Origin: an uncultured Nitrososphaerales archaeon | Lineage (GTDB): Archaea > Thermoproteota > Nitrososphaeria > Nitrososphaerales > Nitrososphaeraceae | DNA length: 64,000 bases | Direction of reading: 5' to 3' | Assembly: GCA_963695855.1 (NCBI GenBank) | Contig: CAVOHZ010000003.1 | Coordinates: 1-64,000 of the forward strand | In this document: positions 52,471 through 64,000 of the stretch, in pieces | Layout: each line of letters opens with the position of its first letter | How positions within the stretch are numbered: position 1 is the stretch's first letter | Made by a program: the position numbers and the translations under genes | The notes under the pieces: generated by a model | What the model saw: only the letters and a program-made list of their open reading frames with translations | The model's database searches: none | Told to the model about the DNA's origin: nothing

Positions 52471-52488
52471 AATAAAAGTTTTATATAA
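52471..52488 (+). promoter_or_regulatory. BRE/TATA promoter of the dodecin gene (probably leaderless)
   Basis: Purine-rich AATAAAAG then TTTTATATAA, ~20-27 bp before the ATG at 52507. Confidence 0.55.
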
Positions 52489-52506
52489 CAAAACCATGAA
52501 AATATC

Positions 52507-52713
52507 ATGGTCTATAAATATATCAATATAATAGGAACATCTCCTAACAGTATAGATGATGCAGTAAGAGATGCAGTTAAAGAGGCAACACGAACCATTA
52601 ACAACATAGAATGGGCAGAACTTGGACGAGTGACATTCAAAATTTTAGAGAATAATGTCAAAGAGTTTCAGGCAGAAGTAAAAATAGGGTTCAAAATAGA
52701 AAAAAGAGATTAA
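52507..52713 (+). CDS. Dodecin family flavin-binding protein
   Basis: VYK.I..IGTS..SIDDAV..AV.EA..T..NI.W and FQ..VKIGF motifs. Confidence 0.92.
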   Translation: MVYKYINIIGTSPNSIDDAVRDAVKEATRTINNIEWAELGRVTFKILENNVKEFQAEVKIGFKIEKRD

Positions 52714-52859
52714 CTTGAGCTTATTTTTTTCCATTTTTTTTAATTTTTAAAAACAAGATATCAATACTGCAAAAGATAGTGTAGGGTTTACCTTAACAAA
52801 ACTTTCATATTTTCAAAGATATGGAAGATTTATTAAATGACCGTATAATATGATAATTA

Positions 52860-53443
52860 ATGAAAACAAAGATAAAGATAACAATAGTTTTGGGATAATA
52901 ATAATTATAGCAACCGTTTCTACTGCTTTACTTTCAGTATTTCAAACTTATTGTAGCGAATCATTTGGTCAAGCAAATGAAACAGGAGATCTATAATCAT
53001 CTGAAAAAGATAGTTTTTCTCAACTGACAGAATCCTATTTGTTGGGCTCATACTATAAAGAAGATGAACCATCTACCCAAAACACTTGGTTATGATCTCG
53101 CAGGAGAAAGGTTAGTCTTATCAGGTAAAGTATTGGATGTGCTATGTGAAGCAGTTGAGGATGTAGTATTGTATTTCTGGCAGACATTTAGTAGTAGAGA
53201 CTATGATAATTTAGGATACATATTATACTAAGAGAAAAGGTTAAGAGTGATAAGAAAAGCAATTATTTTCTCAATAAAATTTTCCTTAAACAATATTCGC
53301 AGCGTGATATCACACGCCCTAGTCACATTCATCTAAAGGTTGAAGATCCAGCCCAACCAAAAGAGTCTATGATAATGAAAATAAATAAAAGAAAGGATAC
53401 GAAAATAGCCAATTTTGATTTTATTATAGAATATTGTAACTAA
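52860..53443 (+). pseudogene. Secreted intradiol ring-cleavage dioxygenase-like pseudogene
   Basis: Frameshifted pieces: signal peptide, GSYYKE, GERLVLSGKVLD..C, FWQT....YDN.GY, RPSHIHLKV and NFDFII. Confidence 0.75.
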
Positions 53444-53850
53444 TATACTAAATAGTTGCTGTAATGTTTGTAAAAACTAGGAACTGTAAGAACTTTTGAG
53501 TCATTATTCCTTAATCTCAATTTTGCAATGATTTTTGAATAAAATAATGGTAATATATGAAAATAACATCCTGAATTATTGTAGTCAAAAATCCTGTTTT
53601 ATTTATTGATTTTTTTATTAATTGTCAATAATCTCTTATTTCAGCCAAAAAAATTATTCTGCTTTTCCATCTTTGGTATAATTGTTTATAGTACAAAAAG
53701 TTCTAAAATATTATAATAGGTTGATAAATTTGGACCAATTAGTTACAAGTTTATTTTTACTGATAAACCAGCATTTACTGACTTGTGAGAATAAAAAAAT
53801 TACAATCGATCTCAGAAACCGTCAAATAACTTTATTATCTAAGTTTACCA

Positions 53851-54135
53851 TTGATATTTATGGGTTATGAATTTAGAACCAAGGATATTACAAATCCTTA
53901 CAGAAAAATAATAGAAGATTCCATGAAAGATCTTAGTCCAGATATGAAAGATGAAATATTGAAGTTATTGTACTCATGGGAAGGTAAAAGCTCGGCGGTA
54001 AAACTTGAAGCAATTCTAGGTAAGGAAAGATTCACATCTTTAATAAATAAAATTAGAACTAACGCAGAATCTTTAAATGAAGAAGATGAGAAAAATTTGA
54101 AGGATTTGTTTAAAGAATCCGTAACATTTGATTAA
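53851..54135 (+). CDS. Hypothetical protein
   Basis: Protein-like helical composition; likely start is the ATG at 53860. Confidence 0.6.
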   Translation: MIFMGYEFRTKDITNPYRKIIEDSMKDLSPDMKDEILKLLYSWEGKSSAVKLEAILGKERFTSLINKIRTNAESLNEEDEKNLKDLFKESVTFD

Positions 54136-54412
54136 AAAAATTCTTACTTTGGTATTATAGTGCCAATCTTTAATATGATGTTTTTGTTGTGAAGTAATGA
54201 AGATTCCAAATACATTACAAAAGTTAATCAAATACTAGTATAAATCTCGGAAAATAATCTAAAGATATCAATTTTGTGTTATATGTACCATCCCGATGAT
54301 TTTTTTTTGATTAGTACCTCTAGGGAATCATGTTGTGGATTATAAAAATTAATAATGACAATATTAATAAAATAAAAAAAATATTTTTTATACAAAAATA
54401 TGAAGTGCAAAA

Positions 54413-54950
54413 TTAAAAATTCGAATAACCCTTATAGTTTTCGATGAATGAAGTATAATATCTTTGAACTACTTCTACGGTTCTACTGTTCTACTGAAGG
54501 GGTCTATTTTCTCAAATAAATTATCGTTCATCACTCTGGCTGTATCAATAGAATTTTGAATAATTTTTATGTTTAAATTGCTATATACTTCAAAGTATTT
54601 TTCTGGAGCTGTAGATTTTTTCCTTTAAGAATTTAATATCTCATCTTGAAATCTGGTGTAAATTTTTTGATAGCTCCTACTAATATTTTTTTGGAATTCT
54701 ATATAGTTATTGGAAATTTCTTTTATTGCCTCAATCGCTTTTTTTTTGATAATGGTCTACGCAAACAAAGTATCTTGTGGGGAAACTTAAAATGTTGTAT
54801 TTCTTGTTCTTACATTCCATTTTAATAAAAACAACAAGATTATGTGGAATATTATGTTTGTTTAGCACTAGGAGGGTTTGAATGATTTTGCTTAAGGTGC
54901 AGGTCAAGTTCATTCATATTTTTAAAAATCTTATTACAAAACTGACATTT
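54413..54950 (-). pseudogene. Pseudogene of the amphipathic (phasin-like) family
   Basis: KEISNNYIEFQKNI...PEKY.EVY.NLN...FSRTVEVVQRYY aligns with 45076-45597; one internal stop and an 8-bp duplication; 5' boundary approximate. Confidence 0.7.
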
Positions 54951-55470
54951 CTTGAATTTTTTACTACTCAAAAAATCTACTAGATGCATAAGATATATAC
55001 CTAAACCGAACATTAAACAATAATACGACTTTCTTTCTAATATCCTTTTGCGACATTAAAAAAATTACATTATTACTATTGTAATATATCGCGATTAAAC
55101 ACAATTAGATTGTCAACACTTGATAATAACAAGAATATTGAAAAGACCGTAAATTAATATCATATTTTAGATTTCACCCAAAAATGGCAAATTCATCGAG
55201 TTCATTTGAAAATAAATAGTATTTGAAAAATAATGATTCTACTGGGGTAGTCAATCTTGAAATCATATCATAAGAATTGACATCATTGTTATTCTATGAT
55301 AAACTATAGACCAATTATTGATATCGATACATAAAATGCCCAAACGAAATAATAAAACCACAATTTATTGATTTATTATCATTTTTATAGAATATTTTAT
55401 GATAAACGGTTCTGGTGTTTTATACTAGAAAATTAAACAAGTTTAATAATTACATGATATATATCAATAT

Positions 55471-55764
55471 ATGGAAGTTGTTGAGCACGATTCCTCTGCA
55501 TATGATGATTCCTCCATACATGATTTAGAATTATCCGTAATTACTAACAAGTTTAATATTTTAGAATCATCGTTTTCTCCCATCCGTGATGAAAGGATTA
55601 ATTTGATTGAAATTGCACAAGGACTAAAAGATCTCTTAATTGAATCAGGGTTTACTATAGAATCTATATTAAATACACAGGCTTTAAGAATCGCTGAAAT
55701 CTTGGGAATAGATGAATCTGTCGTATTATTGATACAAGCAGAAGCTAAAAAAATAGTAAAATAA
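55471..55764 (+). CDS. Hypothetical protein with HhH-like C-terminal domain
   Basis: IA.GLK..L...GF.TIESI......IAEILGID resembles RadA-N/HhH modules. Confidence 0.6.
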   Translation: MEVVEHDSSAYDDSSIHDLELSVITNKFNILESSFSPIRDERINLIEIAQGLKDLLIESGFTIESILNTQALRIAEILGIDESVVLLIQAEAKKIVK

Positions 55765-56318
55765 TTTATATTTTTTGCATTTGAAATGATTCTGTTCACA
55801 TCATAGATAAGTTATTCTATTATAACAATAACCTGATACACTTTACATAGATCTTTTTCTCAATAGTCATAACACTCCCTTTTCTCATCGCATATTCTGA
55901 AAATTCAACCATAATTCATTTCTTCTAAATACTCCATATTCGTAATTTTTTATAACCAATCAGAGAACTTCTATTCATGTTTAGCACTGTGTTGACCGTC
56001 AAACAAGCATCGTGATCCTCTTGTTTTAAGGACAACCTTAAATGTTGGATTTCCTTCGGTAAGCCAGCAGAAATTGTCTCAATATTTCATATGGGTGTTA
56101 TAAAGATTCTAATGTAATAGAAACCAACATTTTTTTTCTGTATCTGGGTGGCAAAATCCAGATATATAATAAATATTTACAAATTTCAATAGATTTTTAA
56201 TCGTTATGACATTTTTAATCATTCTAAAAGAGCGGGAGTAAAAACGATCAAAGATATCCACAAGGATGATTAGTAAAGTTGGTTGATCTGATCGAGGCAT
56301 ATCCAAATAAATTAATAT

Positions 56319-57931
56319 TCATACCGAAGGTATTACTTGTGCTGCATTTCTGCCAGGTGCCATTGATACTGCCGGTCCTGGATGGTTACCTGATCCACAT
56401 AAGTATACATTCTGTATTGAAGGAATTTTATAATTCGACAATTCTGGAATCAGTCTCATATTAAATAATTGATAGGGAGTGACTGCACCACATGAGTGTG
56501 TTCCAAATCTTGTGTTTGTTGGTCTATTTTCAAAATCTAGTGGTGAAAATACTACTCTTTTTATGGTCTCTTTTTTTAAATTTGGAAGATAATTTTCTGT
56601 TATAAAGGATACAATTGAGTCAGCATATTATTCCTTTAAATCATTCCAATTTTCAGCATTTGCTAAATTTGTATTTTCTTTATTTTTCTCATCAGTGTCT
56701 TTATAGTATTTAATTTTGTAAGGAACACTTAGCACAAGAAATTTAATTAGATGTCTTCCTTTTGGCGTTCTGCTTACATCTACCATAGAATCATTACTCA
56801 TAATAGGTAGCGCTTCATCGGAAATCTTACCGCTTCTACATTCATAAAATATCTTTGAAAGGTATTCTACAGAAGGTGGTGAAAGATGAAGTTGAGTTGA
56901 ATTTGTGGCTTCGATATTTTCTTTGGACTTTATGGGATTTTTTAAAGCAATATAAATAGCGAAGATAGAATCACCCCATTCCAAATTTTTCATTCGTTTC
57001 ACAATTACGGAATTTACATTTTCTTCTCCTATGTGATTAATTATTAATGTATATGGATCTGTACTATATGCGATCACTTTTTTTAACACCAATCACTCCC
57101 GTTTTCAAGTTTTACGTCTATTGCTCTTTCATTTTTTATGATTATCTTGTCAACGCCACATTTGGTAATTATACCTCCTCCATTTGTTTTAAGATATCTT
57201 GCTAATGCTAATGGTAGGTTTATGAGGCCGCCTCTTACTACATTGTTACCTTCATGTTGAATTATACTGGAAAAAAGGTAAGATAGTGATACACGCCCTG
57301 CATCATCTGGAGAAAGTCCTACAAATGCTGCAAAAGTTCCAAACATAACTCGTGTCTCTTCAGATTCAAAATATTCATTGCACCAAGATCGCATTGATTG
57401 AATGAGAAATCGATATCTGTTTAATATTATCTCGTCGGCAACTCCTTTTTCGATTTTTTTTATTTTGGAGGATAGTAATTGTGGGGATGAATTAATAGAA
57501 GAAAGATATCCTTTTTTTCTTTTTTATATGATTCAAATAACATTATCCATGTTTGAGCATCTTTTTTGAGTACTTTTCCATGCTCAACCGTTTTTTGTAT
57601 ACCTCGATACATAGAGATAAAACTACCATCTGGAAAAATATGAGAGTAGCAGATCTCTGGTTTTATAAACTCAAAGCCATAATTATGAAGCTGTAATTCA
57701 CCAGGCACTGGAGACAAATTGGCCAGCTGATAACCAAAAGCATGTACATCAGACATATACCCTAGTAGAGGTATCTCTTCAGTTATTGTCATACCGCCGA
57801 TAGAACCATATTTTTCTATTACGAGAACTTTAAGTCCAGATCTCAGCTAAATAACAAGCACAAGTTAAACCGTTATGTCCTGCTCCTATAACTATGGCGT
57901 CATAATAGGGTTGAATAATATCATTTGTCAA
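56319..57931 (-). pseudogene. Phytoene dehydrogenase-like FAD-dependent oxidoreductase pseudogene
   Basis: YDAIVIGAGHNGLTCACYLA at the 5' end; fragments 57460-57792, 57083-57394 and 56628-57092; C-terminal CGSGNHPGPAVSMAPGRNAA; several frameshifts. Confidence 0.88.
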
Positions 57932-58347
57932 AACAATCAATTCATCTTTTTTTAAAGCATATTTGGTATCTTAATGATACATAAAAGTTTAATACAAAAG
58001 ATATTCCCTCTTAATCTGAAGATTATTACAGTTGTTTATTTCCAATTAGACAAATGTTGCTAGTATTACTCTTATATAGAAATATTTCATCTCAACATCC
58101 AATTTAGTATTATTTTTATATTCTAATTTTTGGCAAAATTATCACAACTTTCTATCTTGACTAGCATAATCCTCCCAATTGTCTTTTTTACTAATATTTC
58201 ATGGTAGTGAACATTTATTTGATACCAACTAGATAAATATGATCTATAATATTCCAAATATATCGTTAATCATATGGTTGAATTTGATTACATATCAGTT
58301 AACTTCGTTAACTGATAATTAAATAGGCTATTGTTACATTTTGTCTG

Positions 58348-58545
58348 ATGTCTAAGGATAAAGCTAGATCCAAAATCTCAAATTTATTTAAATTCAAAGA
58401 AAAATTTTATAAAACCAAAGATGATCACGAAATTTTCAAATGTAAGGTATGTAAGATGGAATTCGATAATAAAGACCGAATGGATATTCATAAAAAAATT
58501 GCACATTCAGGAAAAGGAGAAAAGAAGAAACAGTCAAGACATTAA
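58348..58545 (+). CDS. C2H2-type zinc finger protein
   Basis: FKCKVCKMEFDNKDRMDIHKKIAH. Confidence 0.8.
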   Translation: MSKDKARSKISNLFKFKEKFYKTKDDHEIFKCKVCKMEFDNKDRMDIHKKIAHSGKGEKKKQSRH

Positions 58546-59004
58546 ATTTTTACTTTAGAGTGTATGATAGTTCAAAAATTATATTAATGGGTGGCATATC
58601 AATAAAAATTCTAGATTTAATAATCATTGTCAGCAGTTGTAGCAGTTAAAGAAATTAGAGCGAAGACATTTCTATACTTGTTATAGACAAACTGAAGAAA
58701 TAGAGTATTAAAATTTAAAATTACTAAGATCTACTTATTTGTATAACTGTGTATATATATCAAACAATAAAAAGTAGTTATGTCAACATTGGTAATTAAA
58801 ATCAATGTAAGATAAATGAAAGAATTTTTGCGTCATGAAAAGACTGTTTGATGAAGGAATAATATCTAGATTGATACGAATGCAAAATAGATATTTGAAT
58901 TTGAGATTTATATGATGCGATGTTCAAAGGATGATAATTTTCAATATTTTATGGATGGTTTCTGCTAAGTTTTATTTATATTAAGCATAAACAATATTAG
59001 ACAT

Positions 59005-59208
59005 TTAAACTACTTCAATTGACGTCTTCAAGTCAAAAAAATTCAAAACTGATTTTAAATTTTCAATTTTATTTGGTAAATGATCGCTTTTATCTTCTGT
59101 ACAGTTCGATAGATTTTCACACGTCTTAATTTGAGCCATTATTATCTCCTTTCTATCAATACAAAGAGTGTGACATAGTTCCGTAATTAAGTATATGACA
59201 TTTGTCAC
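59005..59208 (-). CDS. Small hypothetical protein
   Basis: LCIDRKEIIMAQIKTCENL...IENLK helical pattern. Confidence 0.45.
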   Translation of the reverse strand: MTNVIYLITELCHTLCIDRKEIIMAQIKTCENLSNCTEDKSDHLPNKIENLKSVLNFFDLKTSIEVV

Positions 59209-59675
59209 AGGATTTTAAGTATAATCATATATGTAATAAGACCTAGACATGTAATTGAAAATTGTTCACGTAAATTATATAGAGATGTAGAAATTCCAAT
59301 TGAAGATATAGAGATTATATCTGTAGAATGGATGAAAATATAAATTCAAAGTCTTTTATAAAAATAAAAACGAATCACTTATAATTTCTATCCGAAGTGT
59401 TTTTATCCTAAAACATCGATACCTTTCTCTCATATTATAATATATTTCCGAAATGATTATGAAGGATATAAATCAGTCTTATTTTCGATTAAATCTCTAG
59501 ACTCTAAATTTGGATAAGAATATCGAAGGGAAAGAAAATATAATATGCTTTTAATTATTACGAATATTTGCATCGGTGGATGAATAAAGCTGTCATAATA
59601 ATCTAGCAAGTTAATCTAGAATAGAGAAGGAAAAGTTTTTGATTCAAATAATATAATTGATTATCAAGATTTGAG

Positions 59676-59918
59676 ATGAGAGAAGGATTATCCTTTACTG
59701 CAGTTCGTCAGGATATGAAAATAGATAATAATATCAAATTGTTATTTGATAAAATTGCAGATATAGAAAATATATTTGGTAATATGTGTTACGTAGTAAT
59801 GGGATCGGATTATGGATCACCTATAAATGAATTACAACCCGAAGATCAGGAGAAATTAGTTGATTGGATTGAAAGAAATTTAGATTCTTCTCATGTTTTT
59901 AATTATTGTTCAAAATAA
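59676..59918 (+). CDS. Small hypothetical protein
   Basis: ATG start, protein-like composition, AT-rich promoter-like sequence upstream. Confidence 0.55.
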   Translation: MREGLSFTAVRQDMKIDNNIKLLFDKIADIENIFGNMCYVVMGSDYGSPINELQPEDQEKLVDWIERNLDSSHVFNYCSK

Positions 59919-60119
59919 CCAATCATTTACGTATCTAAACTTAATGAAGGAAGTAATCGCATTCGTTTAACTATTTTGTATTTCAACATCTGGATATGAG
60001 AACATTCAAAATGTTCAGAACTAATAATAATTTGAAGCATAAAGTTTTCCTTGATTCTAATTGTTTATACCTAATTATCTTGATAGTATAGATAGCTGAA
60101 GAGTTTTAAACGATTTCAA

Positions 60120-60356
60120 TCAATTAAAATCATAAGGGATCAATGTCATAGTGGACTGTATGTTGCTAATTTTTCTAATCCGTCTTTGAATTATATCTTC
60201 TAGATCACCAATTTTGTCAAATAATATTTCAACTATGATGTCATATACGCCATAAACTATACTACATGTCAATACATCCTCTATTGATTTAATACTTGCA
60301 GCAACAAGCCTTTCATTACCCGATTTACAGTTAATTAAGATATATGCCTTGGGCAT
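60120..60356 (-). CDS. Stand-alone Lrp/AsnC ligand-binding (RAM) domain protein
   Basis: AYILINC..G.E, VYGVYDIIVEI and IRKI..IQSTMTL motifs. Confidence 0.9.
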   Translation of the reverse strand: MPKAYILINCKSGNERLVAASIKSIEDVLTCSIVYGVYDIIVEILFDKIGDLEDIIQRRIRKISNIQSTMTLIPYDFN

Positions 60357-61149
60357 TAGAATTTAATAAGAGGATCTAACCAAAAAACTTTTGTCCAAGA
60401 TTTAATAATTTAAAAGATTAATCTAATGATAAACTTTTATTGTTATTTAATCAATATAACGTTGAAGTCTCGTTAAAATCATCTTAATTTTAAAAACATC
60501 TTAAAAATAAGCAAAATTCTTGTTTGTTATTCTGGTTGTAGTTGCTCACATCGCCTAGAAAAAGTTTGTTACGCTTTATTTTATATACAGGAAAAAAAGA
60601 TCTTTCCTATTATTTTCAAATCCTAGATACGGTAGAAATGAATTCTACCGTATGGGAAAATTCTATAGTTATCACAAAATAAGCATTTATCAGAATGGAT
60701 AAGGCAAGACCTAAGAATTTTATTTTCTTATAAAAGTTTCCGAACCCAAGATACATATAAAAAGATTGGCTGTTCACAAATGTGCATTATCATGATCTAA
60801 AAAATTAACATGTTTTCACAACTTGAAATTTCAAATAGAGTCGGAGCTATTCTTACACAATAACATCGTAGTTTCACCGTTGGATTTTAGAATCACTGAG
60901 AATTTTGTTGATATATTACATTCAGCTTATCACAGTTATAAGAATATAAACATTCATCATAAGATTCAGCAGATACGTGAGAAATGTTAAACATTATGAG
61001 ATTGCAGAAGTGAGGGATCTACAGTTAGCAGATGGCCTGCAATTTATATTTTGGTTTTAATAATCGAAATATATTTAAAATTAAAAAGTTTTACCAAATT
61101 CCCTATTAATAACGATTAGATTTAGGTTGTAAACGAAAATAAAACTATT

Positions 61150-61698
61150 TCATGAGCAGTCTGTTTTTTTCACACAATCCAAATAACTCTGAATTATGTC
61201 TTGGTAAAATCTTTGTGTAACCTCTATGGATTTCATAAAGGTGTTCAAATTTTTGTTAATAATATTGTCTAAAAATTTTTGTGAGGTGTCTGTATTTCTA
61301 ATTGAACTGGCATACCTATTCGTATCATAGAACATACGATGTGTAACTTTTTTATGGGTAGGAATATAATCCAATGACGAATCGAAAATATCCTGTAATA
61401 AATTTGAATATATCATGTTATAAGTACTAATCATGTCCATGTGAAGATTTATGTAGTAGCTTGCAATCTCTCTGACTGTCCTAATAATTTCTTCTTGATC
61501 TTGCATGATATCCTCCTCTACAATATATGGTGATGGTATAGTTTTTTGATTTTTCACCTGGTAGATAATAGCATGTCCGAATTTGTTAGGTAAATGTTGC
61601 TCTTTGAATTCAGCATTCTTCTCTTTTTTATTGATATCTTTTTCTATAGTCTTTATCTTCTTAGATAATCTATGGTTCAAGATTTGTTCAGATATCAA
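61150..61698 (-). CDS. Amphipathic helical protein (possibly phasin-like), divergent paralog
   Basis: QEEII.TVREIA..YI.L..DMIS.Y...F.KSIEVTQRFYQD.IQSY aligns with 45076 and 63141. Confidence 0.6.
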   Translation of the reverse strand: MISEQILNHRLSKKIKTIEKDINKKEKNAEFKEQHLPNKFGHAIIYQVKNQKTIPSPYIVEEDIMQDQEEIIRTVREIASYYINLHMDMISTYNMIYSNLLQDIFDSSLDYIPTHKKVTHRMFYDTNRYASSIRNTDTSQKFLDNIINKNLNTFMKSIEVTQRFYQDIIQSYLDCVKKTDCS

Positions 61699-63140
61699 TA
61701 CATGATACTACATATTCTTACTTATAAGGAGTGGGTGTACAGGATCGTAAACAGACAGCATAAAAATTAATAACTATAGATTGCCAGCATTATACATTTA
61801 TGATTTTATTCTCTAATGTGGGAGAAATTCTTGCACCTATGATAATCAATCTGATACTCCAGGTATCGCAGGAATATTATGCATATGGATCTGTATTGAA
61901 TCAGACGAAGACTTGAATGTGACATTGATATATGAAATAATTAAAAACTTTGCAGTCCTATAAAAAGCAAAAATTCCATTCATAATATGATTTGAATTGT
62001 TCTTAACTTGCTATGACCAAACGAAGGGAGCTAAAATATCAAATAGACGTTCCATTGACAGAAAACTGAAAAAGTACTATTCGAAATAAGATTCTAAACT
62101 CATAGTATTCTTTTCTTATTCTAAAAAAAATTATTTATCACATGGTTTTGTATTTATAGAGTTCTTCATTCATCAGAATTTACACTTAAAAATAATTCGC
62201 TTCCTTTAAACATATCAAATCATTCCATTGGAATTTTATAAATTCGTTTTCCTTGTACAGTTATATATTTTTCATAATTTGCAATCAAATTTCCTAAATA
62301 GTTTTCATCCTTTGATCTACCGCATTTTGGAATTAATTTATTCTAATCGTGTACGTTCTAGATTTTATTTAAAATACATATCACAAAATATTCATATAAA
62401 AAATTCTGCTTTAAAATTTATTAATACTAAATAATGTTCAAGAATATCTCTTTTTCCATTTCCTTCAGAATTACCTTCTGGTTGTCACTTTCCGATTTTT
62501 CAATTTGATTTCTATTATTTCTGTTCCGCAAACTCCTTTCTTGTTAAAAAGAACGGAAATATGTTGCTCTAGTTGTTACTGAGTTATAGTAGGTGATACT
62601 AATTACATAGTCCTTCTACATGCATTAAATTTAACGTGATATTTTTTAATATATCATAAAAATCAACATTCGTAAATTCGCTTTTTGTTCGTCATGTAAC
62701 CCACCATTTTTATCTTTGTAATAAGAATCCGGTGCAATAATCACCAATATCTAAAGATTTAATCTATGCCAAAAATATATAAGGATAAAAGCTCACTGGT
62801 TACTTTATACCAACAATAATTAAATAACAAGATGAAATATGATATCACAAAATCTGCTGAATGAAACTAAGAATACTCTACCAGAAGAGAAAAAACAACA
62901 ATCATAATATCAAGTCCAATTATTAATTCTATAAAAGTACTTGATCGTATAAGGTTGGTCCTGAGTACTGAATGTCAGCGGAAAATGCTACCTAGGCAAT
63001 GTGTTTCAGGTTTCATATGTCATGGAGCATTTTAATATGCGTAAATTAGAGTATATTTGACAAATTATGAATTAGATTATTAAAATTTCAGATAAGGCAA
63101 TAATATAATTATTTATAAAAAGAAAAAAATGAATTTTTAT

Positions 63141-63695
63141 TTATCTGTTATACGATCTTTCTATTTTCCTTGCGTAATTAAAGTTATTTTGTAAAATGTC
63201 GTTATAATACTTTTGTGTGAGTTCTAATGTTTTATTAAAATTTTCCACACTGCCTACTATAACCTCGTTTATCAAATTTGTTGCGTTGACTGTACCATCC
63301 TGTATATTTTTGTTTAATGAATTATATGTTTCAGAGTATCTTTCTGGAATCTTGAAATTTTGCCAGTATGACTTGGTGATGTTGTCCAAGAATTGAACGT
63401 ACGATGATTGATATGTACTAATGATATTTTTTTGTAATTCCACGGAGTTATTTGATATTTCCTGTGAAGTTTTGCTGATTTGTTCTTGATATTTTCTGAA
63501 GGTATCTACATTCTTTTCGAAGATTCTTCTATTATCTTCTTGAAATCTATTTACTCTTTCAGTAATATTTTCTGTTGTGTCTGTTATGTTAGCTGCTGTA
63601 TCCTTAATTTGTTGATTTTGTTGTTCGACGTATTTGTCCGATGATTCTTTTATCTTGTTAGTAATTTCCTTTACGTTATCTTTTTGAGATGACAT
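63141..63695 (-). CDS. Amphipathic helical protein (possibly phasin-like), paralog 2
   Basis: Clear paralog of 45076-45597; rich in Q/N/T, no TM segment. Confidence 0.72.
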   Translation of the reverse strand: MSSQKDNVKEITNKIKESSDKYVEQQNQQIKDTAANITDTTENITERVNRFQEDNRRIFEKNVDTFRKYQEQISKTSQEISNNSVELQKNIISTYQSSYVQFLDNITKSYWQNFKIPERYSETYNSLNKNIQDGTVNATNLINEVIVGSVENFNKTLELTQKYYNDILQNNFNYARKIERSYNR

Positions 63696-63949
63696 ACAAT
63701 AACATCAGACCTGAAAGAATATTAAGATTTATACTATTGACTATAGATTATCCATTTTATTATATAGTAATTAAATTTTGTCTCGATATGGAAGTTGATT
63801 AGCGAATATTATTAAGTACAAAATGAAATTTTCACATTAGCAATATATTTACAATATAATTCGGAATTGCATATGTATAGGCCATTACGATTTACAAGGA
63901 ATTCTGCTTTACTTGCTTATTAAAGATAGGTACAATTTAATGACTTGAA

Positions 63950-64000
63950 TGGAGGGGAAGGGATTCGAATCCTCAGATAGAATCTCTAATTTCTTGGGAT
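63950..64000 (-). tRNA. tRNA 3' end or tRNA-derived fragment at the window edge
   Basis: Minus strand GAGGATTCGAATCCCTTCCCCTCCA resembles a T-arm plus acceptor 3' strand; the upstream part does not clearly form an anticodon arm. Confidence 0.35.

Noticed and set aside
61800-62100. Possible transposase remnant (NRRSIDRKLKK resembles RRTFDRRL)
   Set aside because: Too degraded to support by eye

Overview
AT-rich archaeal DNA, most likely from an ammonia-oxidising archaeon of the Nitrososphaeraceae. The low GC, archaeal aRF1 and NuoB, and TATA-box promoters suggest Ca. Nitrosocosmicus (inference). Positions ~0.2-45 kb form an accessory island of mostly signal-peptide-bearing proteins: six purple-acid-phosphatase-like metallophosphoesterases, four His-rich NHL beta-propellers, three PQQ/GSDH-type propellers, two LamG fusions, a D-glucuronyl C5-epimerase-like protein, a GT-C glycosyltransferase, an RTX protein, an MFS transporter, and two wHTH regulator + 3-TM protein pairs. 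Paralogs in the island share sharply bounded, near-identical DNA patches, pointing to module shuffling or gene conversion. Two of the phosphoesterases have Asp in place of canonical Asn/His metal ligands. IS6, IS5-like and IS110 remnants are interspersed, and two IS110-type right ends retain structured non-coding sequence that could encode bridge/seek RNAs. Positions 45-64 kb hold housekeeping and small genes (stand-alone nuoB, radical SAM, aRF1, HTH-CBS, dodecin, AsnC, Zn fingers), decayed pseudogenes, and a four-member family of amphipathic, possibly phasin-like proteins. A candidate C/D box sRNA and an unannotated 39-aa Cys-rich protein were also found. All family assignments come from motif recognition by eye; no searches were run.
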